Positions 63,086-64,000 of a stretch of DNA of 64,000 bases are shown in pieces. Every line of letters begins with the position of its first letter. Position 1 is the stretch's first letter. The notes beneath the pieces were generated by a model. It was not told the origin of the DNA. It did not search any database and saw only the letters and a program-made list of their open reading frames with translations. Source of the DNA: Candidatus Daviesbacteria bacterium GW2011_GWA1_41_61 (GTDB lineage: Bacteria; Patescibacteriota; Microgenomatia; Daviesbacterales; UBA10151); contig LCBT01000003.1 in the NCBI GenBank assembly GCA_000997385.1, forward strand, positions 892-64,891, in the 5' to 3' direction. The translations under genes were made by a program, and so were the position numbers.

Positions 63086-64000
63086 ATGAAAAAGCAAAAC
63101 CCTTTTGAAGGTGCTTTGGCGCAGCTGATTAAGGCTTCTGAATTTGTTGATATTGAAGACTGGGTGGTGGATATTTTATCTCAGCCCGAAAGAACTATTC
63201 AGGTCAGTTTTCCGTTAAAGAAAGATAACGGAGAGATAAAGATGGTTAACGGTTACCGAGTTCAGTATAACAACTGGCGGGGGCCTTACAAGGGAGGTTT
63301 AAGATATCATCCGGATGTGGATATGGATGAGGTCAAAGCCTTGGCTTTTTGGATGACTATTAAAAATGCTGTTTGTGATGTTCCATTTGGAGGAGGAAAA
63401 GGTGGGGTAGAGATCGATCCTAAATCTTTATCCAAAGTAGAATTGGAGCAATTAACCAGAAGTTTTGCTTCTAAGCTTACTCCCAACATTGGCCCGGAGT
63501 TTGATGTGCCGGCTCCGGATGTCAATACTAATGCCCAGATTATGGATTGGTTTGTTGATGAGTATGTAAAGCAACTCAAAACTCAAAACTTAAAACTTAA
63601 AAGTGAATACACTGAAAACCAGTTACAGGCTGTTGTTACAGGGAAGCCGGTGGGTAAAGGTGGATCTGAAGGGAGGGAAGAAGCTACAGGTATGGGAGGG
63701 TTTTTGGTGCTGGAGGAGTTGGTAAAAAAAATGAATTTACAAAAACCGTTAAAGGTGGCAGTTCAGGGTTTTGGCAATGTGGGTTCTCATATTGCTGCTT
63801 TACTACATCAAAACGGTTACTCTGTAGTCGGGCTTTCTGATTCCAAGGGAGGGATTAAAGATGAAAGCGGTCAGGGCTTTAACATTGAGTTAGTTCAGTC
63901 TTGCAAGTTAGAAAGAGGGATGATTGCTGATTGCTACTGCATTGGGACAGTCTGCGATTTGAGAAATAATCATCATGGGGAGATCAGTAATGAAGAGCTT
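63086..64000 (+). CDS. gdhA: glutamate dehydrogenase, 3'-truncated by window edge
   Basis: Catalytic lysine motif VPFGGGKGGVEIDP, VVTGKPVGKGGSEGREEATGMG and NAD(P)-binding GFGNVGSHIA. A GGAGAGGA Shine-Dalgarno sequence lies 9 nt upstream. Contains an in-frame (CTYAAAA)x4 heptamer repeat at 63575-63602. Confidence 0.8.
   Translation, partial: MKKQNPFEGALAQLIKASEFVDIEDWVVDILSQPERTIQVSFPLKKDNGEIKMVNGYRVQYNNWRGPYKGGLRYHPDVDMDEVKALAFWMTIKNAVCDVPFGGGKGGVEIDPKSLSKVELEQLTRSFASKLTPNIGPEFDVPAPDVNTNAQIMDWFVDEYVKQLKTQNLKLKSEYTENQLQAVVTGKPVGKGGSEGREEATGMGGFLVLEELVKKMNLQKPLKVAVQGFGNVGSHIAALLHQNGYSVVGLSDSKGGIKDESGQGFNIELVQSCKLERGMIADCYCIGTVCDLRNNHHGEISNEEL
63575..63602. repeat. tandem heptanucleotide repeat (CTCAAAA)2(CTTAAAA)2 inside gdhA
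   Basis: Read directly. It encodes L-K-T-Q-N-L-K-L-K between the conserved MDWFVDEY and VVTGKP segments. Same repeat family as 32114-32148 in topA. Confidence 0.8.

Noticed and set aside
1-64000. CRISPR arrays, tRNA and rRNA genes
   Set aside because: No spaced direct repeats of 25-40 bp were seen. Intergenic regions are short (mostly under 100 bp) and none showed cloverleaf-compatible acceptor/T-arm pairing or rRNA-like conserved blocks on reading.

Overview
The window reads as a compact, gene-dense, largely syntenic bacterial chromosome segment. Its small-genome character (short EF-Ts, ProRS lacking an editing domain, weak Shine-Dalgarno usage, leaderless-looking starts) suggests a Patescibacteria/CPR-like organism, but that is an inference.

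- **1 to 11.0 kb, accessory-looking:** a 5'-truncated PIN (VapC-like) toxin gene, then a type IV pilus locus. The locus holds a frameshifted pilin–LamG gene, a PAS histidine kinase, a CheY-like receiver overlapping pilB, pilC, five or six pilin-like genes (one 616 aa with propeller-like repeats, one lacking Glu5) and a PilM-like/LytR_C membrane protein.
- **Rest of the window, mostly housekeeping:**
  - rpmB and an HD-GYP protein.
  - A def-fmt operon with a zinc-ribbon methyltransferase and an O-antigen-ligase/TPR membrane protein.
  - mreB, a HAD hydrolase and pyrDEF.
  - mreCD-PBP2, a GNAT, dprA and a membrane-anchored ClpC-like double AAA+ ATPase.
  - topA.
  - A HIT plus nucleotidyltransferase cassette bounded by 23-bp direct repeats.
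  - pyrG-dcd-thyA-folA-dut/dcd-ndk.
  - rpsB-tsf-frr with no pyrH.
  - rseP, proS, an IS200/RAYT-like HUH transposase flanked by TCGGG-loop hairpins, and a sigma70 region-4-only protein.
  - tig, rpsU, yqeY, ybeY, dnaX, glyA-folD, ybaB-recR.
  - Two M16 peptidases, a degenerate Fic-like protein, cysS, rarA and a 3'-truncated gdhA.

No rRNA, tRNA or CRISPR array was recognised. The most unusual sequence-level signals are: (i) identical heptanucleotide (YTCAAAA)n tandem repeats inserted in frame into two unrelated housekeeping genes (topA and gdhA); (ii) the direct-repeat-bounded HIT/nucleotidyltransferase cassette at the topA 3' end; (iii) the RAYT element with a possible solo REP-like hairpin elsewhere; (iv) the pilus locus wired to a two-component pair and carrying fusion pilins.
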